Assembly: GCA_037447605.1 (NCBI GenBank)
Contig: CM074807.1
Location: forward strand, 1,426,001-1,490,000
Direction: 5' to 3'
From: Zygnema circumcarinatum SAG 698-1b
Taxonomy: Eukaryota > Plantae > Zygnematophyceae
DNA: 64,000 bases
Position 1 is the stretch's first letter; every line of letters begins with the position of its first letter. The translations under genes and the position numbers were made by a program. This document shows, one piece after another, positions 51,601-64,000 of the stretch. The notes beneath the pieces were generated by a model, which saw only the letters and a program-made list of their open reading frames with translations, was not told the origin of the DNA and did not search any database.

Positions 51601-52397
51601 CTAAAGCGGAATGGACAGCGGCTCATTTGGCGTGGGATAGAGCAGGCGCACCCCCGGAAGCTCTTTTCTCAGCATGGCCTGCAAAGGACACCCCAGTGAG
51701 AAGAAGAAATTTTACTGCCCTTCGATCTTCAGCCAAGTCTTGCACTGTAATTTGTGAGGCTTCCAAGCTCCTTGGAAACTTACCTCAAAGGACTCTACGG
51801 TTCCCTGAGGCTGCACCAACTTGGACAGCAACCCCTCCGCATCCAGCTCCGCATTAGCCATGGGAATGACATACCTGCTCCTCCAGCCACAACATTGCTC
51901 CTGCTTAGCAAATGGAGCCCAACAGATTGTCGAAGAGAGAAACAGAAACACTAAAAGACTGCTAAGAGACAAAATCTGAAGGAGCAGGTCACCCTTGTAA
52001 TGCGTAGGCTGCATGCACCCTGAACTTGGGTCGTTCACAGAGGAAGGGGAGGTTTCTCACTTCGCCTGCAGCAGCTTCACGAGCTTCACCGCATCCTCCT
52101 GACCGGACACGAGAGTGAAGGCGGGCAGCTGCTGCTTCACTACCGGCGTCACGACTACGTCAACGGGAGCTTCTTTTGCCACTTCCGGATCATATACACA
52201 GTGAGGCTCCAAGTACAAAGACACACTCGGATTTCCGGCTCGGAAAATGTATCTGCAAACAAGACCAACGAACGAAGTAAGCCATTGAAGTTGGGCTGCT
52301 GTGGGGAGAGGGAGAGAGAGACACAGAGTGAGGGTGGGGTAAGAGAGGAGGGAGAGAGGGAGAGATAGAGAGAGAGAGAGAGAGAGANNNNNNNNNN

Positions 52398-52453
<56 letters not shown>

Positions 52454-54490
52454 GGGAGAAAGAGAGAGAGAGAGGGAGGGTCAACCATGATCAGGCATGT
52501 GTTAGTACTTGAGGGTTTACCCATTTTCCGGGCGCTGCCAGGGAGGGCCTAACACTGGCCCTGCTGTGGCCTTAATGCTGAGCTCCACCCCATTGGCTCC
52601 GCGAACGGTGGTGCTCTCACCTGGTTCGAGGTAGGTTACCTGCACAGGCTTAAACTATATTAAACGTAGGATGTTTGCGAATGTGGGAGCTATTATAGAG
52701 AACGTGCGGACAAACAATGGATGGCAAAAACATCAAGAAGGAAAATTCTGAATTGCTGGCAAGTCAACGAGGAGGCAGCAGACATTTTTGAAAAGATCTC
52801 CCATCATTCCCTGCGCATTTGGCGATGCTATAACGGGCAAGTCGGGCCGCCTTGCGGCTAAAGGGCGGAGGGTTTTAAGATGGCAGTGGTCATCGAAGCC
52901 CTGCGTGATGAGCAGGTATTCAAACTCCGGAATGTCCTCCGTCTGCAGGGTTCAGCATCAGCCGGTCTTCAACAAGAGAAACTGAATCAAAGGATGAAAC
53001 GAGGGCAGACTCGAATGGAATGGGAAGATTCTTTTCTTCACAAATGGAAGGAGTCAATGGGAGTGAGAGGTGTAAGGGTCCACACCGTCTTGTCACGCAT
53101 CACTTTCTTATTTGCACTGTATAGCCAGGGAATGTCAAAGTCCAATGGAAACCCCAAAATGGGGTCTAAAAGGATGGAGATGCCTGCGATTTCAAACATC
53201 CAGCTGTTACCCTGCGCACCCACAGATCGAACAATGCTTCACACTGCAAAGAAAACCACCACCGCTTTGTCCTCTCAAAACATGAAGAGAGAAAGCGAGA
53301 CGGGAGAGGAAAAGAAGTTGTGCACCACTCTTAAGTTATACCTTCGCTCTCTCCTCATACCTTCACTAAGCTATTCAGCAAAAGGAGGCCCACAACCTCG
53401 TTTTCCAGTTGAAAAGAGCAGCCGGGAGGAGGGAGCAAACCTCAAGGTATGTGAGCTGCAGAGGGGCTCCTTCTTCTGTCTGCGGCGACACTATGGCAGT
53501 TTCTGAACGAGAGCTCGCCACTGCCGCACGTGGGATGGAAGACTGTGGTTGGACCAATTGGCGATTTTGCTTTGCAGACAGGGTGCTGTTCCTGCAGCGG
53601 CTTGTCCGGCAGAAAGGGACATAAGGGCGGGCCAGCATTTGGGTGCAAGAGTTGAATGGGGGGTCAATGCGCAGTGGAGATGTTCGGTCACTTTTGAGAG
53701 TATGTGAGCAAGGAACACGCAGTTGATGGCATGTCCGTTTGGGGAGATAGAATGGAACTCTTGAAGGCTGCATAACTCGCAAGGAAGGTCCAATACATGG
53801 CTACAAACTGAGAGTTGAAGGGGAGTAGAACATCGATGTTCTAAAGAAACAGTTTTCCTCACACCACCGCATGTGGATAGCTGACTTGGATGCCTCAGTG
53901 AGTTTCTGTAAGCTATTGTTTTCCTCAGTTTCTCTATGAAAGCTGATAGGTTGGTCCAAAACGCTCCATTTACAAGATTTTGGAGCGTTGATCCCGAAAA
54001 GGGGAGGCATGCAAGTTTCTCACTGCGACACCTTCCAGCTGCCTACTGATGCACTTTTGTGCACTGCGCTTGAGCTTAAAAATTAAAAAATAAGAGAATA
54101 GCTGCACAAGCTAGCTAAAGTTAAATAGTTAAGAATCTTTTTAAAGTGCACCGGTTTATCTTTCACTAGAATTCTAGTAAATACGCCAACTATCTTCCTC
54201 AATCGACTTCGCATATATTGACCCAGATTATTTCTGCATAAGCCCGCCTGTACATTCATATGCGCCCCCACTTTCATTACAAAGATGTGAAACCACCTTC
54301 TCTTAGAAACAGACCAAGGAAACTGCACACACCTGCATCGTTGGTAGTGAAGCTCCCGCGAGCCACGCTTGCACAAACAATCTGCAGTTTTTCCCACTCT
54401 CCTCTCCGCCCTGCTTGCTGAATCAGCAAAACTTCTCTGTGAAAGGACGGTGGGCCTCAGCGCCGGAAGCTGCGCTGTAAATGCAGCCAT
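51601..54490 (-). CDS. Metallo-beta-lactamase-fold (metallo-hydrolase) protein, At1g29700-like, probably plastid
   Basis: LQLTYLE|GNSWMFEIAGISILLDPIL...FDIPWLY, SLEDHCHLKTLRPL, SLYLEPHC, VVVTPVVKQQLPAFTLVSGQEDAVKL, YVIPMANAELDAEGLL, ending PLSIPL*. Confidence 0.88.
52341..52476. repeat. (GA)n microsatellite in an intron, containing a 10-N assembly gap (52388-52397)
   Basis: Directly visible. Confidence 0.95.
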
Positions 54491-54863
54491 AGTCAGCCAG
54501 ACTTAAAAAGCTTCTACTTTCAGTTCTTGGATTGCCGAAAGGAGAGGATGCTAAATGCAGAGGAAAGCGCTGGCAGCGGATGAGCTCCCAACCGCCATAT
54601 CCGCCTCGCCGAAAACCTTAAGAAGGTACACGGCAGCCATGGAAGCCACAGAAGAAAGTGAGCGGTGGAGGATGCACCACGCAGGCAGGTACGGCTGCCG
54701 CGGAGCTCCTTCCGGAAGCCACGTGGCAGGGAGCCATGGCCGGAAGTCCACGCAGCTCCGCTCCTGTCGGATAGCTCTACTTCACGGTCGCGTTGCACGC
54801 ATTGCGATCTTCAGGGAAGTTAGACACAGCAGGTAGAGGTACCTTTTGTAGCTATTCAACGCC

Positions 54864-56466
54864 ATGGCTTCCCACAGATTGAGGAATTTGGTACTCGGCC
54901 ATGGCTGCTCGGAGCTTCAGAATGAGTCAAGAAGAGTGACTCACAGTTGCAGGGCCGTCAATTGCAGATTGTCTTTCCCATGTTTACACAATTCATGTAA
55001 TTTACCGCTAGGGCAGCGTTCCTCTGTCTTGATAGTTTCTAAACATCAGCAAAGATTAGCTATTTATGGGCAGGCCTCAGAGAGCGCACAGAGTGCTTCT
55101 CCTTCCTCTGGACTGAACGAATTCGTCACTGCAAGGCAGACAGCAGGATCACCTCTTCAAGGTTCACAATTTGTGAAGGCACTGACAGAGCTATATCCGC
55201 CTCTGCCATGTCGTGTGTGCCAAGGTATAGTCCCTTTCTTTTGTGATTTTTGATTAATCCATGCACAAGATGGACATTTTCCAGGCAAGGCAATGATTCG
55301 CCATTTTGGGGTTTTTCCTGCTGCCTTTCCAATGCCTTTTAACAAGTTAAGAATGATATTGTAGCATGAGTACTGAATTAGAACGACATCAGTTGGATGA
55401 CTAACGTGCTTCATCACCGTCTTCACATTACTTTGTATTCTGACCTGAAAGGGCATGCAACAGGTACTCTAAAGGTTCGATGTGATCGGTGTGATGGTCA
55501 AGGTGGACTTGCTCGTGGAGGTTATCAGAAAAGGAATCCACTTTCTCTCAGCCGAATCATTGGTATGTCTTTGTCTCCTTCTTTACGAGTCATTAGTGCT
55601 AATAACAGGACAAGACCAAATTATTGCTGCTCTAGTCGAGCGAATGGCTTTTGTCTGGCGCATAAAAAGCAAAATGTATTGCACTATCGGGCTTGGGCAG
55701 TTAAGGATGAAAGGAATTTGAAAGCACGCACTGGTCAGCAATACAGATTCTGCTCCGTGAGTTCGTACTCTGATTGCAGTGAACGGACCACTCTGCTAAT
55801 CAAGTCCCTTCGTTGTGAGCAGGTTCCAAATGGACAGCCATGGAGCGCACTTTTGGTTGGCGTCATTTTCGTGTGCATTCTAAGAGGAAAGGCGTAGGGA
55901 AGGAGTGGTTTCTGGAAATGGTGGCAACCTGTGATGAAACATCCCGATTTTGGGTGAATGCACAGAACCTGAAGGTGATTATCGAACTTAAAGTTGATGT
56001 TATTCTCTTACTGGATTGGTTAAACCTTGCAGACGTGAGGCTTGTAACTTTTATGGACATTGGATTTTCCACCCATACGACTCCTGCATTTTCACTCTCC
56101 AGGGAGTCAAATGCATCTCTCATTTACCTCCATTGATGAATGGCTAGACTTAGGTTATTCATACTGTTGCAAGCATTTCCTGAGGAGATTAACTCAAGGT
56201 TGAAAAGTCATGGTTGAGTCTGAACGCTTGCCCCCGCTGAGCTGACAATTGGCAAGATGACGCTCCCTGGACCCGTGCAGGACAGGGAGAGATGGGGTAT
56301 GGGTTGGCTGCAAAAGGTGGAAATAGAGGCAGCCCAGAAGGGCGCAGATGGAAGCTGGATGGTCTGCAAAGCCTGCAAGGGGGAGAAGGAAGTGGCCTGC
56401 CCTTCCTGCAGCAATAAGAAAGCTGCTGATGGCAGCGATAACACTCTGGATATCATCGAAGTATGA
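54864..56466 (+). CDS. DnaJ-type cysteine-rich zinc finger interrupted by a Trp-rich TIGR02450/DUF2389-like domain; exons ...-55224, 55464-55562, 55823-55974, 56281-56466
   Basis: Spliced: PCRVCQG|TLKVRCDRCDGQGGLARGGYQKRNPLSLSRIIG|SKWTAMERTFGWRHFRV...FWVNAQNLK|DRERWGMGW...CKACKGEKEVACPSC. Confidence 0.75.
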
Positions 56467-57191
56467 AAGCAGATCACCTGTCTGCTGTGTTAAAGCATGC
56501 GTCAGCTTTAAAACTCAAGTCAAAGTAGGCGCTTCATGCGGCTGCAAAGTGTCACGAGACTGGAATGGTGAGTAAACCTAATCTGACGCTCGATATCTGC
56601 TAAGGAGGGGATGGGTGTTGAATTCGTTTTCCTGTTTTGGTAGTATCAGTGGAATGTGCATGTCTCTCGTTTAGGGTTCTGCTTTTCAGCTGGAAGGGTT
56701 CAGGGCTGCTGGACTGGGGTTGTCTGGAAGTCTGCGGTTTAGCCGATATGGCAGACTGACTTGTGGGCAGGTTGTGACGTGCAGGGCTCTGGAATCTCAT
56801 GCAGGAGGACCGGTCTTGCCCTCTCGTTATGCTGTGCACGGCGGCACCTCTTATTGCAGAATCTCTTCTACTGTTATCTCCTTTTTCTAAAACGAATTAG
56901 TGGTAGCTGTCTGGAGGGGTTTCACCAAATTGCAATTGCTGATAGTTTTTGATTGAACGCATGAAGCAACATTGCAGGCTTGCCGCACTCGCAAAAAACT
57001 GGTCTGTGTACTTGTATTGGATCCAGCTGGTGCAATTCATTTATTTTTAAGAAAAAAATGTCAGTGTAACTCATTCTCGCCCTCAATCGAAAATCTTTTT
57101 GTACAATAAAACATTATGCAAGTTTAAACAGAAAGAAAAGGAACGTCAAACAGAACACTTCTCTAGACATCCCAAGCGGGGCTCTGTACAA

Positions 57192-58824
57192 TCAGCCTCC
57201 AAACAAGACTCCTGCCGCCTGCTCCTCGTTGCCGTTGCAGACTGTCAGTGCTTCTATGACGCTGCGACGGTCGAATCCCAGTTCAACCAATCGAGAAATC
57301 TTCGCTTCCTGGATGTTACTACCCTGCAAATTACCACATAGAAGAAGCAAACGAAGGAAGCATCAAGACGACGATGCTCACAGATTCAGAAAAGCCTAAA
57401 AAAATAAAGTAGGCCGAGTATGCAGTGTTCTGTGTGCGTGGCTGTGCGTGGTGTGAAAGAGCGAGAGAGAGAGAGAAAGTGAGTGAGAGAGAGAGAGAGG
57501 GGGGGGGGGGGAGAGGAGTGGGAGGTGTACCTGGCTCATAGTGGCAGGTATGCCTGCATTCCCTGCATGCATCACCGTGACCCGAGAGGAGTAAAGTACC
57601 ATACAATTGCCTCACCAAAAACCATGAGCAAATGTTGCGACTATAACCGCTGTCATTGACTTTTTACAAGAAATGCTGTCACTGGTCGCCCATTTCTAAG
57701 AAATGCCAGAAATAATCATGACTCCAACATTGCAGCTCTGGAATGGACCCGTACCTGCTGTGGGAGGCTGTGAGAATGATGAAGATCCGACGTTTCCAAA
57801 GGGGGCCCTACTTGCAGGAGCTGAAGACTGCCATGCAGAAGAAAAATCACATAAATCAACGGCCAGGTCTACAGGAAGTCATGCCACAACAAGCAGCGAA
57901 GAAGGTTGAAAAGTTCGAAAAGGATGGGTTACTTGAGAGAAATCCAATGCTTTGATGGGATGCTGATGGAAGACTCATGCAGGACATCATGTAAAGCTCC
58001 GGCCTTATTCAGCCTCTTGCTCCGAAATGGTTTCAGGGAATCAGGGAAGGTAAAGAATGGTAGTCTTACAGGCGCAGGTGGAGGGTCAGCGGCTGAAGGA
58101 GGCATCTGGGTGTCCAAAGATGCATCACCCTCGATCTCAAGCTCCGAAAACTTCTTTGGAATCTCGTGTTCTGCAAGCAAGGACAAAGTCAAGTTCTTAC
58201 CCAAGTTTCTGGATTACGCTTTAGGGTCACAAGAGAGATCACCTTTTTTAGGAGCTTACCAGCAAGGAAGGGTACGATGCAGTTATCGGTGCCGATGCGG
58301 AGAATGCTGTCTTTAAGGTCAATACAGCACTGCACCCATATGCAGCACCATGAAAGACTAAAATAAGCTGTGCTGCTTACACAGATAAGGTATCAACCTG
58401 CCAGACACCTTTCTTTTGTACAGTTCAGGCAGTTCCCTTTTGCAGTAACTGACCATTGGCCATCACAAGTGCACCATCACCTCACACAGATTCTTGCAAA
58501 GCGGCCATGGCTGCAAGTGTGTATGTCCAGTTTCTAAAGGAAGTGCAAAATCTCGACAAACGACAAGGCGTACGGAAGCGAAAGTTAAACCTGGTGGCGG
58601 CGGAGCATGTCGAGGCCGAACAAAAATTCGAGTCGGGCCTTCTCAAGCACTGTGATGCCGCACATGTAATAGTTTGGTCCAATCTGCATTCGTACCACCT
58701 TCTTTAGAAAAGGAGTGCATAGTTCTAACATAACGTCGTTTTTGTTTTAAAAAGGAAAAGGTCAATTCTTTCATTATTCTACAGTATAGAACTAACAACA
58801 TTAGAGGGAGGGAGGGAGAGAGAG

Positions 58825-58899
<75 letters not shown>

Positions 58900-61800
58900 C
58901 CTTAGTTTTCTCACCTTGAGCTGAACATTATGAATACGACCTACAATTCTATCACGTCCAACTCCCATCGCAAAACCGCTATACCGCTTGTCACAGAGTC
59001 TCATAAGTCTGCCATGCAGCAACCAAACATTGGATGTCAGGAAAGAGAGCAGAAAGACCTGACCAGATAACGACAATTGGTCGTTGCTTAAACTTAGACT
59101 TCCAATGGATCATCGAATATGCTCTCGAATATGCTCTCAAGCAATTAACAATCAATTATAGAACTCAATAAGTTCTCTCCCGCAACCTCCCTTCTCTCCA
59201 CCACACTCCCCTAGCCACCATTTCCAACCTGCCTCCCTCTCAACCTCTCCCCTCTCTCACCCACAACGCTCGGCGCAGGCTTGTGACATAATGGACGTCT
59301 CTGCCCCGCTATCGATGAAGGCCTGCTCTCCAATTTGCACCACCCCTCAGTTACGCTCGCAGCTACTGCATGTTAAATAGCGTTATCAAAATCCATGATC
59401 TCCAAGGTGTTAACAAGGCGAACCATGCACAAGCGAGAGTTTTTTTCACTTCCAACCATCCAAACTGCCCTTGCCTTCACTTCTGATAAGAAGCGTCAAT
59501 CCTTCGTTTCAGAGTTTGGAGAAAAGAAATAGAATGTCGGACATACCTTGATGGGATGGTTATTGACCTCCATATTCACATACAACATAGCCTGCAACGC
59601 CAGTCTGATCCAAACTTCAGAATAGCTTCATGTAGCACTGTAACCGATAATCTAAGTCTTTCCCAGTTGATCCTTCAGCACAAAGTGCGATGAAATTTCC
59701 GCAAGTCATATCAGCCTTGAAAATGGCAAAGACGAGCGTACCACTGTCGTGAACTGTGCTGGGTTGAACTCCAACGCTATTGCCTCATTTTCAGAAATGT
59801 TTTTCTGCACAATCATCCAAATTTCCAGTAAACCTATGCATAACTCGCTTTCTGCTCAAACATTATTGAAGTATCCAATCCAACGAGTGCCCTTCAACTT
59901 GCAGGGAGATCTTTGTTAAGAGAACATCTGCAGTACAAAGTAGGTTGCAGAAAGTTAAGCTGGCAAAGAAAATGGATAGGTTGATTTTTGCATTGACCAT
60001 GTACCTGTCGAATCTCTTCCTCAATCCGTTGTTGCGCTTCGATACTGAAGGGGTCCTCAACAATTTGAGATTGGAGTCGCTGTATACAGCATTCACAATG
60101 TTGAAAATGGCATAAGCAATTACCCCCACTAGAATGGCCTGCAGCCATCCTCGATTTGAGAGTGCTGTGGGGGAAAAAGAAACTCTATATTCCATTTCAA
60201 CTAAAGAGAATGGACAAAGATCATACTGCTGTATTTTGGGGGAGAGAAAATTCAAACTCCTGTGGGTGTTGCCTTCTCAAAGCAACGAGAGTAGACAGAC
60301 CCACTTGCTGCTCATGCAGATTCCGAAGGACATGCTGCAGAACCTCCGGATTGCCACTCTGAACTGCCTCCAAGAGCCGAGGATTTTGCTGCAAATCAGA
60401 GCAGGAAGAGACGAATGTATCACCAATCCTTCCTTCCTTAAAATGGTAGAGGCAACAGAGACAAGGAATAGAAGCTGATCAACACAGGTGCTGCTCAATC
60501 AATTGAGTTGCTGATCTATGCAGACAGTATGAACCCTTTTTTATGACAACAATTACTTTAGAATGGACCTTGTTAGGGGAAAGTGAAGCTCGTTGAGTAG
60601 CAACCATCTCCACTGGCAAGCGAAACAAAGTTTGTGTTTAAAGACAGTGCACTCTGCAAATCGCAGAGACCGAGTTCTGACCTGCAGTAATTGCATCAGC
60701 TCAGGTGATCTGCCAATCTGATCGAGCAAAGCAGCCGGGTTGCGTGCAGAGCCGTCGCTGTTTAAGGCCATGGGGGCAGCCTCCGGTGCAGGGGGTGCTC
60801 TGCAGTGCATCAACATCAAGGATAACTATGAAGCAAAGTGGTACTACTTCATTCCATGGAAACCAAACAAAAGCAGTGAAGGCCTCACTGCCGTCACTAC
60901 GTCACCACCCAATCACTGTGGTCAATAACAGTACAGATGACAACCCTGCCTTCTCATGGTTCAAGCTTTTTTTTTTACCAAACAGGGGAGCTCAAATATA
61001 GACTAGCCCGTGGCCAGCTTCTTGAGCCAGAGGGGTGAACACTTTATTTACTAAAATTCTTGTGAGAACTATACATCTAAATTGCAAAATGCTTTGGCAT
61101 GAGAAGCTGGATAAAAAGTAGTTAATCTAATCACCAGTACGTAACTGGCAATCAAGCCGCATCAAAAAAAGGAAAAGGATGCAAATTCAATACTATATAA
61201 GATTAAAATGAAAAAGTCTCATGAGGATCGTGAAAGTATTTGGGTTTTTCGGGTTTTTTTACAAATCGATCCTGCATGGTATTGACGAGTCGGAAGGAAA
61301 TATAACCTTCAAGTAATTGTATAACGAGTTACTAGAGCTTTGATCATTGTGTGACTTCCAGCCTAAAGGAGATCTCGTTTGTCAAAAAGGCCGACCAGGT
61401 CTACTATAGATTTGATCTTTGAGTGGGGCAGGTCAGCTCCCCCATTTTTGGAAATACAGCCATGATCTTGATCTGCCTAAATGATTAAATGATTTGTTGC
61501 CATGGCAAAAAATCATTTAATTTATTTCTGCTACAAGCAATAATAGGAAGAAGTGGAATGTAAAAACAAAGTCTACTCAAACTTCCTAACGAGACGTGAA
61601 AGTTCCCTAAAGTTACCAAAACAGTATAGCCGGTCTCCTCTCTCCACCTTCACTAACTCTATCCTTAACCGTTCCCTTTTTCACACTTCTGACCTACTCC
61701 ATTGCAAACCATTGCTTCAATTGTCGATGAGAATTGGAAAACAAGTACTCCTCCGCTTTCACAAACGTATCTCCATACGTTTAAAGGAAAACTTGAAAGG

Positions 61801-62346
61801 CATCCTCACCTTCGATCCACGACTCGCAACTCCATGAGGTCGCCATCCTTGACATTCGCCGCCAGTAGGGTAACGCTGTCTTGCACCTCCCTTCCGTTAA
61901 AAACTAGACATTGCCGCCCTAAAGGAATTTGAGTCTGCCACGCACCAGAATTTGCTGTCAGCTTCGCTTTCTAAAAAATACGTTGCGAGCATTTGCGTAG
62001 TGTCCCGTTTATTACTCTGGAAGCAATTGGCAAACAAATGGCTTCTCCCAATCAAAGGAACTGCAAAGGAAAAACGTGAATCCTGAAAGGCTGCAAGCTC
62101 ACCTCCACTTCCAGTATAGCCTTCACGTTCTCGACCTGCGCCACACCAAACAGCAAACCGAATGAATTTCTAGTAATTGCAGAATTGCTCAAATTGGTGT
62201 ACAGAACTCAACACAGAGAGATGCTTGTCTACAGTACCGAATACCGCTCACTACATTGGCTCTCTCTGAAGCACACGCACCGGCTCACCGGGCGAAACGT
62301 CAACCATGATGATTCTCTCGTCCTCCGTCATAACCGTCACCTTCAT
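57192..62346 (-). CDS. DDI1: DNA damage-inducible protein 1 (UBL, retroviral-like aspartic protease, UBA)
   Basis: MKVTVMTEDERIIMVDV UBL start, DPFSIEAQQRIEEEIRQ, MLYVNMEVNNHPIK|AFIDSGAETSIMSQACAERC, LEFLFGLDMLRRHQ|CCIDLK, UBA LVELGFDRRSVIEALTVCNGNEEQAAGVLFGG*. Confidence 0.95.
58803..58897. repeat. (GA)n microsatellite in a DDI1 intron
   Basis: Directly visible. Confidence 0.95.
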
Positions 62347-62748
62347 GCTGACAGCCTGCTCCAGCCAAACTAACTCCTCCCTCTCCCTACCTGTTCTCCG
62401 TCTGCCCTCCACTTCCTTCCCTCACTTCCTTCCCTCTCCTCCCAATTTCGTCCTAGACGCCCCTCTCTCACCCCCTCTCTCTCTCTCCTTCTCTCTCTCT
62501 CTCGTCCCTCTCCCTGCCTCTCCTTCTCCTCCCTCCCACTGCCCTGCCGACGACAGTTTGCAGATACGACCTTCCTGGTGCGTTTGTTGTTGAAGCGTCC
62601 ACCGACCCGGCGGTTGGCCCTCTCTCTCTCTCTACCTCCGCGTGCGCGCCAAGTAAGCAGTCTACCGAGCACGCGAGAGGCGTCCGGAGCCTGCCCGCCC
62701 GCCCGCCTGCACCTTCGCGGAACCACCGCACAAGTCACGATATATCGC

Positions 62749-62899
62749 GCGACGATACGGCACGATACGGTACGGCATAACACGATACAACACAATACGA
62801 TACAGAACAATACGATATAATATAACATTGTGCGATACGATATGGGTACGATATTGTGATACTATGACAGTACGATACGGTAGCAGTACGATACGATAC
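62749..62899. repeat. Degenerate (TACGA)n array upstream of DDI1
   Basis: acgatacggcacgatacggtacggcataacacgatac...; shares tacggcataa-acgatac with the MITE-internal array. Confidence 0.85.
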
Positions 62900-63082
62900 A
62901 GTGCATGCAGTTGAAAAAGGTTACAAGCAGGCCCGAGAAAACTAAGAAGTGAAGTGCATCAGTAGGTGCAGTCAACACTACGGCGAGTGTCGGATCATTT
63001 TGCAGCAGTACCGATACATCCCCAACTTCTTAGGCTGAGAAAGTTTAGATTCATTCAAGAACCACTCTAGAACTATTATGGA

Positions 63083-63129
63083 CCATGTACATTTGATGGC
63101 CTCGCCATCGTGAGATCAATGCCACTTCC
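63083..63129 (+). repeat. Dispersed intergenic repeat copy
   Basis: GCCATCGTGAGATCAATGCCACTTCC is identical to the minus-strand copy at 38636-38661. Confidence 0.75.
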
Positions 63130-64000
63130 TTATCCCTTTAGGACTACGATCCAAATCCAATCGGTATTAAACGTCACCGATTAAGCTGCCGGTTTGGCAG
63201 CTCGACGTTGGCCCTGGTACTCCCTCCCACACTCGCGGGGATGCGATTTGGCAGAGCTGAGCAGAGCTGAGCGGTGGATTGCCCGCCTCTCGTCTCCTGC
63301 CATGTGCGCCATTGCCTATGTCCGCGCCAGGCAGCAGCTTGGTGCGAAGGTTGAAAAGCAACTTCGCCACGAGCATGTCGATGCAATGAGCATCTCCTGC
63401 CACATAATGTAAGGGTAGACCTGGCCATGACGCTTTCAATGTGCAGACACCGATGTGTAAATCCTAGATTTGTATTGCGTTAGGAGCCCATCTCCTTGTC
63501 GATGGCATACAAGCTTTCTCAGTGCGATACGTGCGTTATAAATACTCTTTTACGCCGCTGTTTCCTTCGAGACGTCGAGCCAAATCAAAGGTGCAGAGTG
63601 CCCCTCTCGCTGGGCTCGTCACAAGGCGTCAACCGTTCCCAACCTCGAAGTTGAGAGCGTGGTCTGCAAAAAACAAAGCCTAGCCTGCAGCGACAGAGTG
63701 ATAAGGTATAAAAAGCTATCAAGTAATATTGTATGAAACGTATATTAATCACTGGAAAGGGCGAAGCAGCAATACGAAAAAAAGGGCTTCCTACAATGCA
63801 AAACGCGCTTGTCATTGTCCTGTAAACGATGACACTATGCAGAACTCCTCCGCTGATTCCTCACCCTTCTGAAAAGAAGATGGAAGGACTCCTTTCAGAA
63901 TTATGTTCTAGCATTACCTTCCATTACAGTTGTGTTCCGTCAGGAGACCTAAACTTACAACCTACAAATGGACCCGTATACCCAGCAGCATAGATTGTCC

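Noticed and set aside
63167-63700. Minus-strand ORF or exon-like pieces near the window end (DAHCIDMLVAKLLFNLRTKLL...)
   Set aside because: May be terminal exons of a gene extending beyond the window, but no family could be recognised.

Overview
Intron-rich eukaryotic nuclear DNA from a green plant lineage. The gene content (group I WRKY, NdhS, PSRP5, fibrillin, PP2C-cNMP-kinase), the GA-rich 5' UTRs and the many short GT-AG introns suggest a streptophyte alga such as Klebsormidium; this is an inference and was not verified. About 13 apparently functional genes were assembled by eye from exons: FBN6-like fibrillin, a membrane protein with a probable C-terminal SAM domain, WRKY, NdhS, gamma-COP, PP2C/cNMP/pseudokinase, SURF6/RRP14, RPS16, RPL13, PSRP5, a metallo-beta-lactamase-fold protein, a DnaJ-type zinc finger wrapped around a TIGR02450/DUF2389-like domain, and DDI1. 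The most unusual region is about 13.8-18.9 kb: a mosaic of decayed fragments from at least five unrelated host genes. It contains a 2.4 kb imperfect inverted repeat with tandem ERSE-like elements inserted in one arm. Other notable items are an inverted, frameshifted PSRP5 exon copy, a TA-flanked Tc1/mariner-like MITE, a dispersed intergenic repeat family, a probable GC-AG first intron in RPS16 and a run of four ribosome-related genes. Family assignments come from recalled motif similarity; no database searches were run.
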